The notes under the pieces are model-generated. The model saw nothing but the letters and a program-made list of their open reading frames with translations, had not been told where the DNA came from and made no database searches. Shown piece by piece: positions 1 to 14,700 of a stretch of 64,000 bases of DNA. The position numbers and the translations under genes were made by a program. Where the stretch lies: the NCBI GenBank assembly GCA_051362555.1, contig CM120644.1, positions 14,778,534 to 14,842,533 on the forward strand, in the 5' to 3' direction. Every line of letters starts with the position of its first letter. The stretch's first letter is position 1. The stretch is from Lingula anatina (lineage: Eukaryota; Animalia; Brachiopoda).

Positions 1-3000
1 TCATTGCCTCCCTTCATTCCTCAAAGAAAAAAAATCTGGATCTGCAGGTCTCTTGCCTTGGTGACAAATGTTATCTGCTGAATTTTATTTTTCACAGTAT
101 TGATCACTGCCATTGCACATTAATAGATTTCATGAGACGGTGAGTGCTAGGGAGGATTACGGCATGAGACCCAATAATGAGAGATATTGGAAAATGAAAT
201 GTCACCAGCTTCGAAAAAAAGTTCTGTACTTCATCTGACATTAACTAGGAACAGAACCCTCAAAATGACCGGTTTGCTCTTTAACTACTAAATGCCTTTT
301 GGCATTTAGTTTTAATAATATATGTAGGAAAGCCATTCACTGCTTGTTTTGCTGGAAATGCGTACCTTGTAGCAATTAGATCTTGGTTAATTCAATTTGA
401 ATTGGACATGTTATTTACATTTGAGACCTAGTTAATTATTTAGCGCATGCAATTAGGTTCTTGCATGATAAACTCTGAATTATGGTCAGTTCTCATTACA
501 CTAGAACCACTTTATTAAGCCACGTGATACAGTCCAGTGACTTATAATTTTTACAAAATCTGTAATGTTTGTTTGCTAATAACGCAAACAACTGATTTGC
601 TACAGATTTGTTGTTTAAAGTTGACAGCTGTGACCTGAAGTGGACTTGTCCGAGAATGGCATGGAGTCATTAATCAAAGTTATACTATATATCTATGCAG
701 GAGATATGCAGGACCAACATTAAGAAAATCGGTAGTGGAAGGTTTAACAAATGTTGTATGTGGTCATTCATAGATGAAACCTGTGCAATTTTTCAGTCAG
801 AGGTATGAGGGGGAGATGGAGTAGTTGAAATGAAAAAGAAAAAAAAAAACACCCTTTTGGTTAGGAATGGATGCACTCTGAATCTAAATTGCCCATCATG
901 GTGAAAGGTGCACAATTTCAGAAGTATGGCCCTGCCTCTTTTTGAAATGGCTACCTATAGACTGGCTATAAAATAGACACTATCTACGCCTTCAAGATGT
1001 CTTCCTATATTCCAGTTTAGAGTTGGGATAATATTATTATTCACCTACACCTTCAAGATGTCCTACTGTATTTCTTTATATTTGGACAGAGTATTATGGA
1101 AAACTCATTTTGATTCCAGATATATGTATTTGTTTATATTATCAGGTGCAGCATAACTGGATTTGTTGATTGTTAACTTTTTAAAATAAACATTGCCTGT
1201 CTTTTATGATTACGCAAGATGTTGGCACACCTTAGATAAATGGCAAAAAGTGACTCTAAGCCACTATTGTGAAATCACAAAATGAGCAATTATTATTAGG
1301 AATAACCCCCCTGAAGGAAAATTTTGACTTCGTGGATGATAAAAAAGCACTAAATTCTTCATCTGCATGTAAACACACCTTTCTGTATATTGGACAGGTT
1401 GAAATTTTGGTGTGTGGCCAATAGAAACAGCATTTGTCATGGTAATGGTATTGGAAGTTGGTTGCCGACCTTGCCAATAAAATCAGCAGTATTACATCAA
1501 GCTGCTGGAAGTTATTTTTTTCACCCTGATTGACAGTGCAGTTTTTATGTCATCTTAGTTGCTTTCGTGCTTAGGATGGAGAGATTGCCTGTGCTTCTAT
1601 TTTTTTGGTAAAATGTCATTAGGAAGCCTTTATTGGAAACAACTTGCCTCAAGGAATATTTCTCAATAACATAAGGATTTAGAAATCATTTTGAGTATTG
1701 GCAATAGGTTACTGTCAGTATACCATGTGGCATTTTTAGTCAGAAGGTATCTTGAAGTTTGTTATAAAGCTGCCTCAAACTGATACAGTTTTGTAGTACA
1801 TATGCAAAACACCAACAGACCCAACTGACTGTTCCTTGTAACATCTGGGATCCATTCCACAAAATAATCTATGTCTGAAATATTGGTCCGAACTTCTACA
1901 CCTAATATTTGGTCCAATTTGACGAGTAGAAAAGTGTGTGGTAGTCCAGTTAAGCGAAATATTGCACCTGGTGTACAAAATGAAAGCCATGGCTTGTGTT
2001 TATGACCAATACTGTTAAATTTCAAACAGAAGTTCACCAAATTTGGGATTTAAAAGTTAAGACCAAAATTGGGGGCTGCAGGTCTGTTGTGAAACAGGCC
2101 CTTGCCCAGTTCAAGGTGTGATTAACCTTTTGATTCTGTTTCCTCTCCTTGTTTATCTTGTCTGAAAGGCCCCTGGTGCCAGAGGCTACCAGATTTCATT
2201 GGGAACCAAATTGGAGAAGGCTTTTTGGATCATGCTGGTTTTGCTCATTTTGTCTATTGATCGAACCATAGACTAAAAGCTTTTTGGGTGCCACAGTGAA
2301 GAGGCATCTGTAGAAAGAAAGGTCTATCTGGCAGTTGCTTGGCTTATAACTGCTAGCATACTATGTCTGTGCTTCAAACTCTGTGAGGAATTTGTTCAAC
2401 ATTATAGAATCCTTTGCTAATCTGCTGTGTATACTGTTCACATTCATCACTATTTATCATACCTTATCACTCTTTCCAACCTGGGATTTTTTACCTGGAA
2501 TGAAGAGCCAGGATTTCCAGGTATTCTTATTAGTGTCCTTGGCACCACTTTGTTATGACTTTGAATCAACAAACAGGGATTAGTGGTTTTGTTGATATAA
2601 GCTAATTTCTGGGCCTTCCCCACAAAAGATCTTAAGCCTGAAAATTGGTTGCACTGATAGACCAAAATTTAAGTTTACTTTGACCCAGGATAAATTAGTT
2701 GTATTCCAGTAAAAGTAAAACGCCGTGGATGTTTATTATGGAAAGCATTGCTAATCTTTCAAACCTATACTAGTATTTACTTTATTGGAATGGCCTACTA
2801 TGAGTTTATCTTAAAGTAAAGTAGACAAAATTTCTGGTATAATAGTTTAGATGATCCAGGTAAAGCTGGGGTGTATCATATAATCTGGGCATGTCAAGTT
2901 ACTTTCTGGAATTTTGCCAGGCCATCCATAAGCCATTCCGACAAACCAACCTGTCATTCCCCAAAAATTTCATAAGCCTTCTAGCTGTCTTGGAAAATAT

Positions 3001-6000
3001 AGGCCATCTTTTGAGGCCAGTGACCTTCCAAATGACAGTTGGATGGCTCCTTGGAGAAAGCCTTGGACTAAAGATTTTTTATGGGGAGAACCAGTCCCTA
3101 AATTTCAATATTGCATGGCTTATTTCAGGGGTTTCTTATAAGACTATTGGGTTAGAATTTACTTGAAAGCTGAAGATTCTCTCCATCAAGGGTCAGTTTC
3201 ACAAGAAATCAGCATATTTTCCTAAACTTTTTGACCAGATGTACGAAGTACTTAGTTCAGATCAACTTCACAGATAAATACATAGTAACTTCACTAATAC
3301 AAAATTACAACTGTTGTGAAACATAATCAGAGTATCTCTGTCTGTGACAGAGTCACAAATTTTCATTTTGTTAAATCAATGCTGATTTATTTCTGTGCAA
3401 GACTAAATTTAAAATACTCTATTGAATTTAAACCAATTTCAACTCTCCATATATTCTGATAACTGTATGTGTTTGAATGGGCTCGCTCTGGTTCCAAATT
3501 GGTTAATGATACTGCAATTTAAGAGCAGTTTTGCAATCCAGTATGGTCCCAGTTCAAACATTTTATTCTCAGTTGTCTGACACTCCTTCATCAGTTCCTG
3601 TGACTCTGTGCAATCATTTGGTACACTGTTTAATGTTAAAAGTTTACTGCCCAGCAGTCAAGTGCTAGCTCTCACCTTCCAGCTGGCATTTCATGATCTG
3701 TAGACTGTCTTCCCTTTTATCTCCTCAGAAATCTTGCACATTGGTTCCTTGCCCTTTTCAGGACCACCTGATTTGTGTGATGTGCAGGAAATGATACTTT
3801 TGGTTGTAGGGTTCCATAGGAAATAAAAATCAGTTGTGAAGATGAACAGTAAATGATGCAGCTGATATTTTTTAGGTGGAAGATTTTTATCTGTGTTGTT
3901 TACTCTGTTTTGCAGTGCTTATGCAGGTATGATGATGGTGAGGGAGTTCAATAATGGCAAAAACCAGATCACCTGCCTTTCCCCTTTTTATAAAAAAAAT
4001 GGAGAAGTAGGAGTAATACTATCATTTCACTGCATGTATGCACTGTGCATAGCTCAACAGAACATGGAAACACACTTACAGTTTACATACACCTTGCTAC
4101 AGAAATTCCCACTATTGCAATCTCTCCATCACTTGGCAGTTTTTTTTTTTGCAGCAGACAGCTTTTTTGACCCGCTTTGTATATATTGACGCATTTTAAA
4201 AGTTGAATATTCAGCTCTGTTATATGCATACCCTTACTGTTAGCACTAAAGAACATAAAGCAGGTACTAGTAGAGACTAATTGCAAGTAAAGGTATTGAG
4301 TCATGATTTACCAACCAATTTGAATTGTCCTTGAGGTAAGGCTTTCCCCAGAGAGCCATTCAGACATCATTTGGATGGCCATCAGCCTTGAAGGATGTCT
4401 TTATCCTTGAAGGATGTCTTATATTTCCAAAGACGACTAGATGGCTTACCAAATTTCTGCATTGGTTGGTTGGGCTTGCTTGGGTTGGACTCCCAATAAA
4501 TTGATGGCAATTTGGACTCCCTGTTCCCTAACTCGTGAGGAAACCCCTGTCTTGAGGGTAAAATTCTTCTCATGAATCATTGCTCAATCCATCACTGCAC
4601 ATGGATTCGATGTTTTTTGCCATATGCGATTAAATAATCTAGTTTTAAATGATCTGTCAGCCACTTAAACTGCCAGTTCTTCCTAAGATATAAAGATATA
4701 AAGATCAGGTATGTTAACTATAAAGGGTTTTATCATTTAAAGCTGGCTTATGTTTCTTGTTTACAAAATGCGAGCTGCAGTGTATGGAAACTGAGGATGA
4801 CATGTTGATAAGTTACTTAGGAATTATACCACAGTGTTTTGATTCGGAAAAATTATTTTTGTTTGTCATTTTCAGTTTTGTTATCAGTACCACACATACA
4901 TACAGTACATGTACATATGCACTGTAGATACTTTCAGGACCATTCTTTTCTTCAGTATTTTAAGATGTTTTAAGATGTGTTGGCTTATATGATATTGTCT
5001 CTCGTATCAGTGTTTTTATCTGTATGCCCATCCTTTTCGTAATGTTATGAAATAAAATCAATATCCTTCTGCTTTTTATATTTAAGATAAGAACCAAAAA
5101 TTTTTTTTGACAAAGCATGCAGTGAATTAGACAACAGAGATCAAAATCAAAAGATGCTGTCTTAGTGGCTTGCAATAACTAGCTTCCATCTACATGCAAT
5201 CTACATTCCAGGAAGTTAGAAAAAAAACATATTTATGACATAACATGAAATCAGATAATTTCTGAAGCCACGATACTTAGTTTATATATGTACCAGAAGC
5301 TGAAGTCACGCCAGCCCAATCCCTTGTCTTTTTTCAAGCAAGTTCACATTGCAGTCTCATCAATCAATAATGATTTCTGTCTGCAGAATAGCACTTCAGT
5401 GTAACTGAAATGCTGTTAACTGAAGTATTCCTCTTCATGAACAATGGTATCTAGACAACAGGTAAAAGCAACAAATAAAATTTCAGAAATGATATGGAAT
5501 GCAAAGTATTATTCCATCAACTCTTGGTAAGGGGCATTCAAATCATTGGCTCTCTCAATATATTCAAGTGATTCTCAACATTTCTGTTTATGATGTCTTC
5601 AATTGATTTACGTACATTAGGAAATATTTTCATGTGTCTGCTTGGATTACGCTGCCCCTGGAGATGTAATTGATCTTTGAGGAAGAGCGCAGAATTTTTC
5701 ATAGAGTTAAAGGCCACCATTTGCACGTTAAAAAATTCAATTTAAAAAAAGGTTGGTGGGGGACATTTTTATTTTATAAAACATTGGCCTACTTAGAAAT
5801 TCACAATTATGTAGAGTCGTTAAGAACCGTGCTGGCTTTTGGTCAATCATTTAAAGCCACATGTCCTGTAAGAATGTCTGTCAGATATTATATCGACTTT
5901 CACCAGTTATATGATCTGGCCCATTTTGTTAAATGAAATTAAGAAGAAAAATTATTTCAAATATAAAGAGTACAGAAAGAAAAAGTGCTTAAAAAGAAAT

Positions 6001-6394
6001 AAGAACTCTAGAATAAAAAGTTCCATCAGAGAGGATATCAACATAATCTGGTGATATAATTATTTTGGTCCATTTTATTTGATAAACTTCATTCACAGTT
6101 GCTTCAACCAGTCAGTAATTCCTCCAGAGTATTGGTATTGTTGATCATCTGTATGTACAGAAGATATGTCGTGGGGCCAGTTTTTCTCTGAACTTGGTTA
6201 GCACAGGTCCCTCAGCTACAAAAAGACTACTGTGCTTCTGGGATATATACAAAAAGCTGTGACAAAATACCTTGAGCATGTTGTACAATATAGTTAAAAT
6301 GACTGAAGTGAAAGAAGTTTCAGTCCCAATAGATAAACATTTGTTCTAAGTGCTTGCCCCCCCCCCCCCCCAAAAAAAAAAAATAAAAAAATAA

Positions 6395-6398
<4 letters not shown>

Positions 6399-6486
<88 letters not shown>
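6399..6486. repeat. (AT)n microsatellite
   Basis: About 44 AT units, read directly. Confidence 0.95.
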
Positions 6487-6490
<4 letters not shown>

Positions 6491-7942
6491 GAATGATTTA
6501 TTTGTTAGTATTGAAATATAACCATTTGCTTTTTTAGACTTTGACTGAAAAAAAAAAATTAAAAATCTACTCCACTCCAGAGAGTAACTATTGTACTTCA
6601 AAGTACTTGTTACTTTCTGCTCAGGTTTACAACCATGCTTTACTATTTTAAGATACCAGCTCCTAAAAGCAATCAGCTACTTCTTGGCATTAGCTTTTGT
6701 AAGCCAATGACTGAAAAAATACCCTGGCAAATGAAAGGAATTACTATAATTATTGAAATCAGAAATTATGCTTAAGTGGGCTCGTAGAGTCCACTTTGCA
6801 TGGAACACCATGGTTCTTATTGATGGGAAATATGATATATACGTTGGCTGTGATTCCGCCTATAATTTTCTTCCATTTTCTTTCAAAAACTCAATTGTGA
6901 ATTAACATAGTTATTTAAAATACACTAATACTATGGCACATAATTTAAATAAATATAATGATAAAATTTTGATGGCATGTGAAACAATTTATTGAGTAAA
7001 ACAACACATCTGAAAATGCCGCAAGACATATCGTCTGTTGGTTTTTATTCCTTTTACAGTTTCCAATATATAATTTACAATACATATCCTAGGCTTGCCC
7101 TACATTTCAGTTTTCAATGTTTTCAATTCTGCATGTGAATGTAAGCAAAAGGTTATTGGTATTACTTTTCCATCATATCCTTTCTTGCCCTTCCTTGCAT
7201 CAAGCTACGATTTCAACTATTATGTATGATGTATAGTGCTGAAACTTGAACTTAACCCACATAGGACCTAGGGTTGAAATTGCCTATTCTAAGACATCTC
7301 CATTTTATCGATTTTCACAGGTTATCTAGTCCGTATCATTGAGAGGTGTCCTGAGTTCACTTTACGTTAAAGATTGCTTGTAAGAGTTGGAAGCCAAAAG
7401 CTCAGAATTTTCTCAGCATCATTGACTGGTGTTATTCACGTATGATTTCACTTGTGTGCCATGCTCAGAAATAATTTATTTGATTTGAAAGAATACTTTT
7501 TTGCTTGGCTTACGTCAAGTTAATTTTTCATTAGATAAACGTGATATCTGATAGGTTATCAAGTTAATTGGAAAACTTACAGAAGAGCAAGTCATTATCT
7601 ACTTGAGATAATGCAACCAATCTGAGGTAATAGGATGCCCCCTTGCAAAAATAGATAGAAAGATGCATTATAAATAAGTAAATGTAGAAGACAATAAAAA
7701 TAAATGAATAGATTAATTGACGGAAAGATACAAAAAGAAAGAAATTCAACCAGTTTTAGATTTAAGGACCACCCTTTTGGTCAGATAAAAGATATGCTCT
7801 AAAACAGTGTTGTATGAACACACCTAGGTTTTCTCAGTAAGAAGATCCACTTTGAAACTCTTAAAAAATTTCTCCCCTTTTGCAATTTCTGTGTAAGGGT
7901 CTACAATAATGGAAGTATCATTGTCAACTGTACCCACTATAA

Positions 7943-8184
7943 GGCTCCGTTCACATGGAAAATCTATTTTCTAAAAATCTATTTTCGGTATCTTGTGATC
8001 ACGGTGGTCAAGTTATCAGAATCTCCTTCGAGCGCAGCCGAGAATTAATTACAGCTTTGGAAGTAACTTGCTCGCACTTCCACTAATTACGCCGCAGGGT
8101 ATCCAGAGCACAGACCGTGATCACAAGATACCGAAAATAGATTTTTAGATTTTTAGAAAATATATTTTCCATGTGAACGGAGCC
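7943..8184. mobile_element. PIF/Harbinger-like MITE with ~60-bp TIRs
   Basis: GGCTCCGTTCACATGGAAAAT...CGGTATCTTGTGATCACGGT is mirrored at the 3' end (ACCGTGATCACAAGATACCG...CCATGTGAACGGAGCC); flanks TAA/TAC. Confidence 0.8.
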
Positions 8185-8413
8185 TACTACTAATAGTCTT
8201 TATTTCTTTATGCTTTGGCATTTTTCCATAGTTTTAACATCATTTTATCTGTGCATAATGAGAACTAAACGTTGGCACACCTTTACATTGAAAGTGTAGA
8301 CAAAGAAAAAATTGCGAGCATATATTATTTCTTAGGACAACTCTCCTGTGTGCAACAGTATAGGGGTAACCAATGAAAATTCCACTGAATGTTTTTTCTT
8401 GTGTTTTCAATGT

Positions 8414-8607
8414 GTACCTGTTCAGAATAAGTTGATCCGTACACTAACTAGTCTAATGTAGTACGACCCACTTGAAAGCATGCTGAGATGTTATTGCTTT
8501 GCCCCTGCAGGGGTGGTGTGTGCGGGAGGCAGGAATCCGATGTCAAGTGTGTGCCATATTTGATCCATTACTAGTTAGTCCGCAGATCAACTGGTTCTGA
8601 ACAGACC
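8414..8607. mobile_element. Degenerate MITE, family A (TTCAGAAYAAGTTGATC termini)
   Basis: ctgttcagaataagttgatccg...cgcagatcaactggttctgaacag inverted ends; shares gacccacttgaa with the copies at 11577, 40258 and 43903. Confidence 0.7.
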
Positions 8608-10813
8608 AGATAAAAGAAGATATAAAATTTTAAAGATAAATATATGTTCACCCAAACAGGCATATACTTGAAGCAGGTGTGGCACTCTAACGGGATGGCT
8701 TTAATCATGACGGTGCATTTCTTTCAGAAAACATGCCCAACTTCTAGTTCACTTATCATAATACCAAACTGAATATCCACATTTTTATTGTCTTTCTTTT
8801 CTGGTTCATAAGTCATGAAACGTGTAGATGTATCATGTTTATACTGAGACATCCTGTATATGATGTTTACATATAAATAAACTGTCTTGTAGTTTGTGAA
8901 ATGATAGGAAAAAGCAAGAAGACTAGACTGATCAGATATTGTTTCTTTAGAAGAAACCTAGCAAATAGGTTCTTGGAAAAAAGGAAATATATAATGCAGG
9001 TTCTTTCCAGAAGGTTCAACAAAAACTTTGAGAAATCAATGTTATTCTGTTTATTGGAATTTTGTGCCAAATGTAATTTTCCTTGAGAAAAAAAGGACCT
9101 TGTTTTCCTACTCAGGTGTAATTTCTGGACTGATTCCTTCTCTTGGATTAGATGTTTTGTGCCATTTTTAATTAACATAAAACATATCTGTAATGAATTG
9201 CAATGCATTTAGACCACCATGTCTTTCTTATTTAAACAATAAAATGTCAGAATATATAACGAAAATTCTTATATGAAACTACGTCCTTGACTCACAGTCG
9301 TAGTGCAGGCCCCTCGGACATTCTTGTGAAGCAGTCTCTTTGTAATGATTCGGCTAGTTGAATGTTAATAATTAGTAATAATAAGAGTTCAATGAGCTCT
9401 AAATAAATATATATATAATAGCGAGTTCTTCACAATACATATGATATTGCTAATCAGACAGATTTTCTGATCTGACATACCTGGCATCAGAACAGTTCCC
9501 AAAACTCTACCCACACATTTGACAGGCTGAACAACATGGTCAATATTTACTATTTGTCTTCAGTGTCAGGCCTCCTTCTGAGAAGTCCTATAAAATCGAG
9601 TAAACTGGCATTTTAGAGTAACTAGTGGTAATCCGATTCGATTGTAGACAGCTATTTTACCTGTAGTGCCTAGCATTGAATTTATCTCTAATGCAAATAA
9701 CAAGGTTCCTCTGAAAGGGAAATCATTGAACATGACAGATACATGCCTAAGAGCAAAGATGCAAACATGGGGATTATTTTTTACTGCATTTTTATATGCA
9801 TCCTCTATTCTCAGGAACAGCTAAAGCCTGAATGTGCTGGGGGACTTTTATCTAATGGCTGTCCCTCTAAAAGCTTTTGGTTTAAGTAAGTTTCCACTCC
9901 TTGCTAATTGCAATATTTAATAACAAGCAATGCATTATCTACGAGATAACAGTAACTGTTAGCCATATTGATGGGTTTTTCTGTTTGCTAATCATTTGTT
10001 TCATGATGAGTGGGTATTGACAGCATCATTATCAGTTTGAAACTGGGTAATTCAGTCAGATTTTTTGTTTGTGGTTTAAGGCACTTCAGAAATAGACCGA
10101 TGCCTCTGAACTCATCTTTATCACATTATTATGGTAATGACTCCATCATTTCCATGGGGAAAATTGTGAATTTTTACAGATACCATATTTTTCTTAAGTC
10201 AGTAATTATTAAAACTAGAACATTTTTATTGAGAGGTAACAACACAATTGAAAAGCAGCTACTCTTTACTTCTATTCAAAACAGCAAAAGCACTGCAACT
10301 GCTATAAAAATATTTTTTCAATGATGCCAAAATTATCTTTCTAAAATATTAATAATTTCCCTATTGAAATGCAATGAAATGCATAGAATTGATAAAATGA
10401 AACTATTAATTGATTGGTGAATTAAACTCGAGAAGAATTTAAATCAATTGAAGTAGTACTGAATATTTGAATTAATGATATATGTTTGCAATACAAATGA
10501 TTCTTCAACAACAACCCCCCCCCCCCACACACACATTCCTGTGAAAAGCATGCAATTGCAGAATTATTGAATGATTTTTGATGCAAGATGTCAAGCATAT
10601 GAAGTATGTGTGGAGTTAGTAGACGGGAACCACTCAATAACTTGGTTTTGTTTCCAGACCCCATTCCTGTGGGGATAATTCCATTGCAGGAAATGCATTG
10701 GAATTGCCTGTACTTTTTGAATATTGTGTGATTAAAAGGGTGATAATATATAGGTATAAAGAATGTTTTGAAAGGTCATAGTCATTGTAAATATGTACTT
10801 GTACTGTTAATGA

Positions 10814-10816
<3 letters not shown>

Positions 10817-10865
<49 letters not shown>
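10817..10865. repeat. (AAT)n microsatellite
   Basis: About 16 units, read directly. Confidence 0.95.
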
Positions 10866-10868
<3 letters not shown>

Positions 10869-11358
10869 GACAGTAGAAATAACAAACCAGTAACAACAGC
10901 AATGATTAATAATTTAATTTTTATATCTTATACTCCTGAAAAATATTTATATACATACACACTTTATAAATAACATGACTTGAATAAGATCCACTGTTTC
11001 TATATATTAGATTCTGGTGACTTTCATAACTGATGGGATTCCTAGTACATGATCAATATACATATAAGTTTTGTTGTTTTGAATGAAATGTTTTTGTAGC
11101 TGCCATTGTTTTCTGACATACTATATCCTTGCTGCACAATATGGTAGTCAGATGTACGGAGATGATGGCACTAAGTAACCTAAGATAATGAAGATGTGCT
11201 GAAACATGGTCACATTTCCAGTCAACTTGGGATGGCTTAAGCATGAAAGGATAAGTGGGGTGGAAATGAAACTGGTTGAAGATGTGTCTATTTCTCAAAA
11301 ATCACTGTTCCTTACATTGAAGCTAGCATTATGTTACAGCTTAAAAATGTGATCCTTA

Positions 11359-11573
11359 GGCTGTATTCCCAGAGCTTTTAGATCGATCTATCCCCGCGGG
11401 GAGTCTCACTAGATTACTGTCAGATAATCCGGCTTAAATGTCCATCCCGCCTACTACAAGCTGTAAGGGGGTAATTAACTTTCGTGTCCGCCCGGCTGAC
11501 AGCTATTTAGCGTGAACCCACAGGGAGTTAGGTCGATCTAAAGTAGATCGATCTAATCTCTGGGAATGGGGTC
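11359..11573. mobile_element. MITE with ATTCCCAGAG...CTCTGGGAAT TIRs and TTA TSD
   Basis: tta|GGCTGTATTCCCAGAG..TAGATCGATCTA ... TAGATCGATCTA..CTCTGGGAATGGGGTC|tta. Confidence 0.75.
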
Positions 11574-11576
11574 TTA

Positions 11577-11769
11577 GAGTGCATTCAGAACAAGTTGATT
11601 TGAGGACTAACTGGTTCAAGGATCAATTATGACCCACTTAAAACCTTGCCACACTATCCCTTAACAGACATTGAATAGATACCCTGCTGGGTTTGTACGG
11701 CAATATTTCAAGCGGGTTTGATCCAGGTATGTGCTAGTCTGCAGATCAACTTTGGTTGAGAATGCAGCC
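11577..11769. mobile_element. MITE family A abutting the previous element, TTA TSD
   Basis: tta|GAGTGCATTCAGAACAAGTTGAT ... GATCAACTTTGGTTGAGAATGCAGCC|tta; its reverse complement aligns with 40258-40455. Confidence 0.75.
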
Positions 11770-14700
11770 TTAGCATGTTTATAAGGCCATGTTCTTAACT
11801 AAACGTTCTAGGAAAACATGAGGTAAAGTGGGATATCTTAGGAGACCTTAGTACATCTGCAATGCACTAACCAATACTGTTATGACTGTACATAGAGTCA
11901 GACCTTTTTGGAAAAACAAACCATGTTTATCAGACTTAATAAAGTCAGGTATTTGTCATATGGTTTCAGGTCACATTTGTACCTGCATTCTTTTGTGCAT
12001 TATTGGGTATCTGTATTTAAGATAACAAGTGATAAGATAACAACTGTTTTTTTTTTTCATGAAGAGACAATGCTCAACTGCAAAACATATCAGTAGGGAA
12101 AGGCAGCTTCGTTTCTTTGCTTCCATTTTCCTTATCAGACGCCTCATAATACCAAACAGATTCTTACATTTTCATCCCATGCAATAACTTGGTACAACAT
12201 ACTTCATGTGATTACAATTTTCAGACCATGCTCATGCTTTACAGAGCATTTAATTGTAATTTAGACTGTTAAAACAGATAGTCAGGACGATCTATTTGAG
12301 AGGGATTTTTTCAAATAGTTTTATTACCATTACCCATTGGCCATGTTCACTCTGATGTATGATAATTGATTATAGATACTATCATTTCTTAAACAAGTCA
12401 TCTAAAAAATAATTCTGTTTGATGAAATGTTAATAGAATCAGTTGGAGTGGCCTGTTCATTGTTGTGGAATTTTTACAAGCACTTGTGGTTTTATATTGA
12501 TTGCTTTTGCTAGTTTTCTACGACCTCACAGGGACGAAAGATTCGAAAGATTCAGGGATCCATAAAGAATTAGAGTATTTATCAGGTTGAATTGGTATGT
12601 TTCTTCTGGTGATTATTTCCAACTAGTTTAATGATTATTTTTGTTTGATTGCATTTGATGATCACTGCATTTTCAACACTGGTAACTCTTCTGTAATGTA
12701 ACGTTGAGCCTAGTTTGAATGGATTACAACATTCCCCTCCATCTCTCTCTCTCTCTCATATTTCTAATGTTTCTAACATATTACTTACCTAACCCTTATT
12801 CAATCTTTATAGCTTTTTAAATGGACAGTTCTAAAGTGAAAACTGTGTATATCTTTAATGGCATTCCAGCATCTACTTGTTCAGTTCTTAGACACAGTTA
12901 GACTTTATAGATACTGAATAGGTGCCCAGTGGGCAGTTTAAATTTAACTGGGGCATGGGCATTTAAAGATGGCTAGGCTACAATAAAATCAGCAATTGTA
13001 TTGGATCTAAATACTAGTAAGTTGACAATATGACAGGGGCAGCCCTTCCTTATCTCCTTAACCCCTTAATAATATATAAGCTATCAAAATACGAAATAGA
13101 ACAAAAATCATCATTTTGTTCATTTTTGGGGATCCAGAAAGTGACTTTCCCTTTGAAATGTTCTTGAATGATGTTCATGAATGTTAAAGAACACAGCAGG
13201 GTTTTTTTTCAGAAAAAAATTCTTACTTTGTTGTTTTGGGTGTAAAAGAGAGGCATAGATCTTACTTTAATTGAAAGGTAAGCAGAACAGAATGATCAAG
13301 GCAGTTTTGATTAAAAACTATAGCCTCAGGTGTGAAAAATGTTTCCCTGTGGTACTAAGTGCTATGCTTGGCTAAGAAAACTGTAGCAAGAATAACAAAA
13401 ACAGGCTGCAAAAATATTGAAGGGATGGGAGACATTTGCCCCTTATTAATAAAAACTGGACCCCCTGCCTGACCAACAGTCCAGATTTATTTTCACTGAA
13501 AAATGAACAAAAGATTGTGAATAATTGTAAAATAAATCCATTTTCACTGGACCATGGTACGTATTTTGAACGCTTAGTGAAAAGAAGTTATTGGTTTTGT
13601 TTAATTGTGCTACAGTTCACAGAATTTTGTGTTCAGAATCCGTTAACACAATTGATAAACCTCTGTTTGAAAGTCCCTATAATAAGGTCAAACAAACAGG
13701 CGGTCCATTTGGCATGACCAAAAAAAAAAAAAAAAGCGAAAATCACCACTTCTATTCCTTTTATTTTAGATTTACAGTTGCTTTGGGCCCATGCACTTTG
13801 AGAGTATTACCACACCCCAAGTTTTGCAACTAGATCGCAAAATTGTCTCTTCAAGGTTGACCTATCTCAACAACACAGAAATTATATTTAATTTAGACAT
13901 TGCATGCACAAACCTTCTTTCTGATCTCTGGGGTATTTTCACTCGCCTCGGGGTCTCTTTTGAACTCGCAAAAACAGCTACTCGTAGATTTTCATTACAG
14001 CGTGGCTTGATCTGTTTCAAGTCACTGCACCCACTCAAAACTAAGCCTATTGTTTCGATTATGCTTCCACAAGTCAAAAATGCATTGGGATAGATGGGCC
14101 TACGTATAATACACCGCACACATTTTAAAAGGTTTTAATTGATTGAATTTACGGGGGAAAATGTGCCCAAGTGCCATGGTTGACCGCCTACGGTGGTATT
14201 TGATTATCAAGTGTAAATGTTATAATTGGTCTGAAGCATAATAATATTTTCTACTATTCATCACGTTCCTGCTACGTGTTGTAAAAGGAAGTGTTTGTTG
14301 GTACCCCAAAGGGGTGAAGTGTAATCGAGTGTGGCAATGCATAAAAAGTGTTCTCCGTGAAGAAAAGGAACATAGCTGCAAGGGCTGAATTATAAACTTG
14401 AGCAAGCAGGCAGTGACCTCAGAAAATGCCTGTGCCTGTACTCGCTTTTGAACTTTTGAAAATGAACGGTCTCACATGATGTATTTATCTTTTCAAACCG
14501 TAGTATTTTTACAGCATTCAGTTTCAGCTATAAATTATTCTCCTTACACTAGTAAATTAGAATATACTGCACTGAGCTTACCCATAATTGCCTGTCTTCA
14601 TAATCATTAAACTAGGAAAATGATGTCACGAAACATTAATAAATTATATGTTGTTGATAGTGGAATAGAATGAAAGAGTAAATAAACTGTAAACATATAT

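Noticed and set aside
98-139. 42-nt segment with a good acceptor and a GTGAGT donor
   Set aside because: Contains TAA in the phase-1 frame required by this intron, and there is no other support
6320-6601. ORF with a poly-(IY) tract
   Set aside because: Translation of the (AT)n microsatellite
13740-14520. CpG-richer stretch that might be an internal promoter or transposon fragment
   Set aside because: No termini, TSD, second copy or core promoter arrangement could be identified
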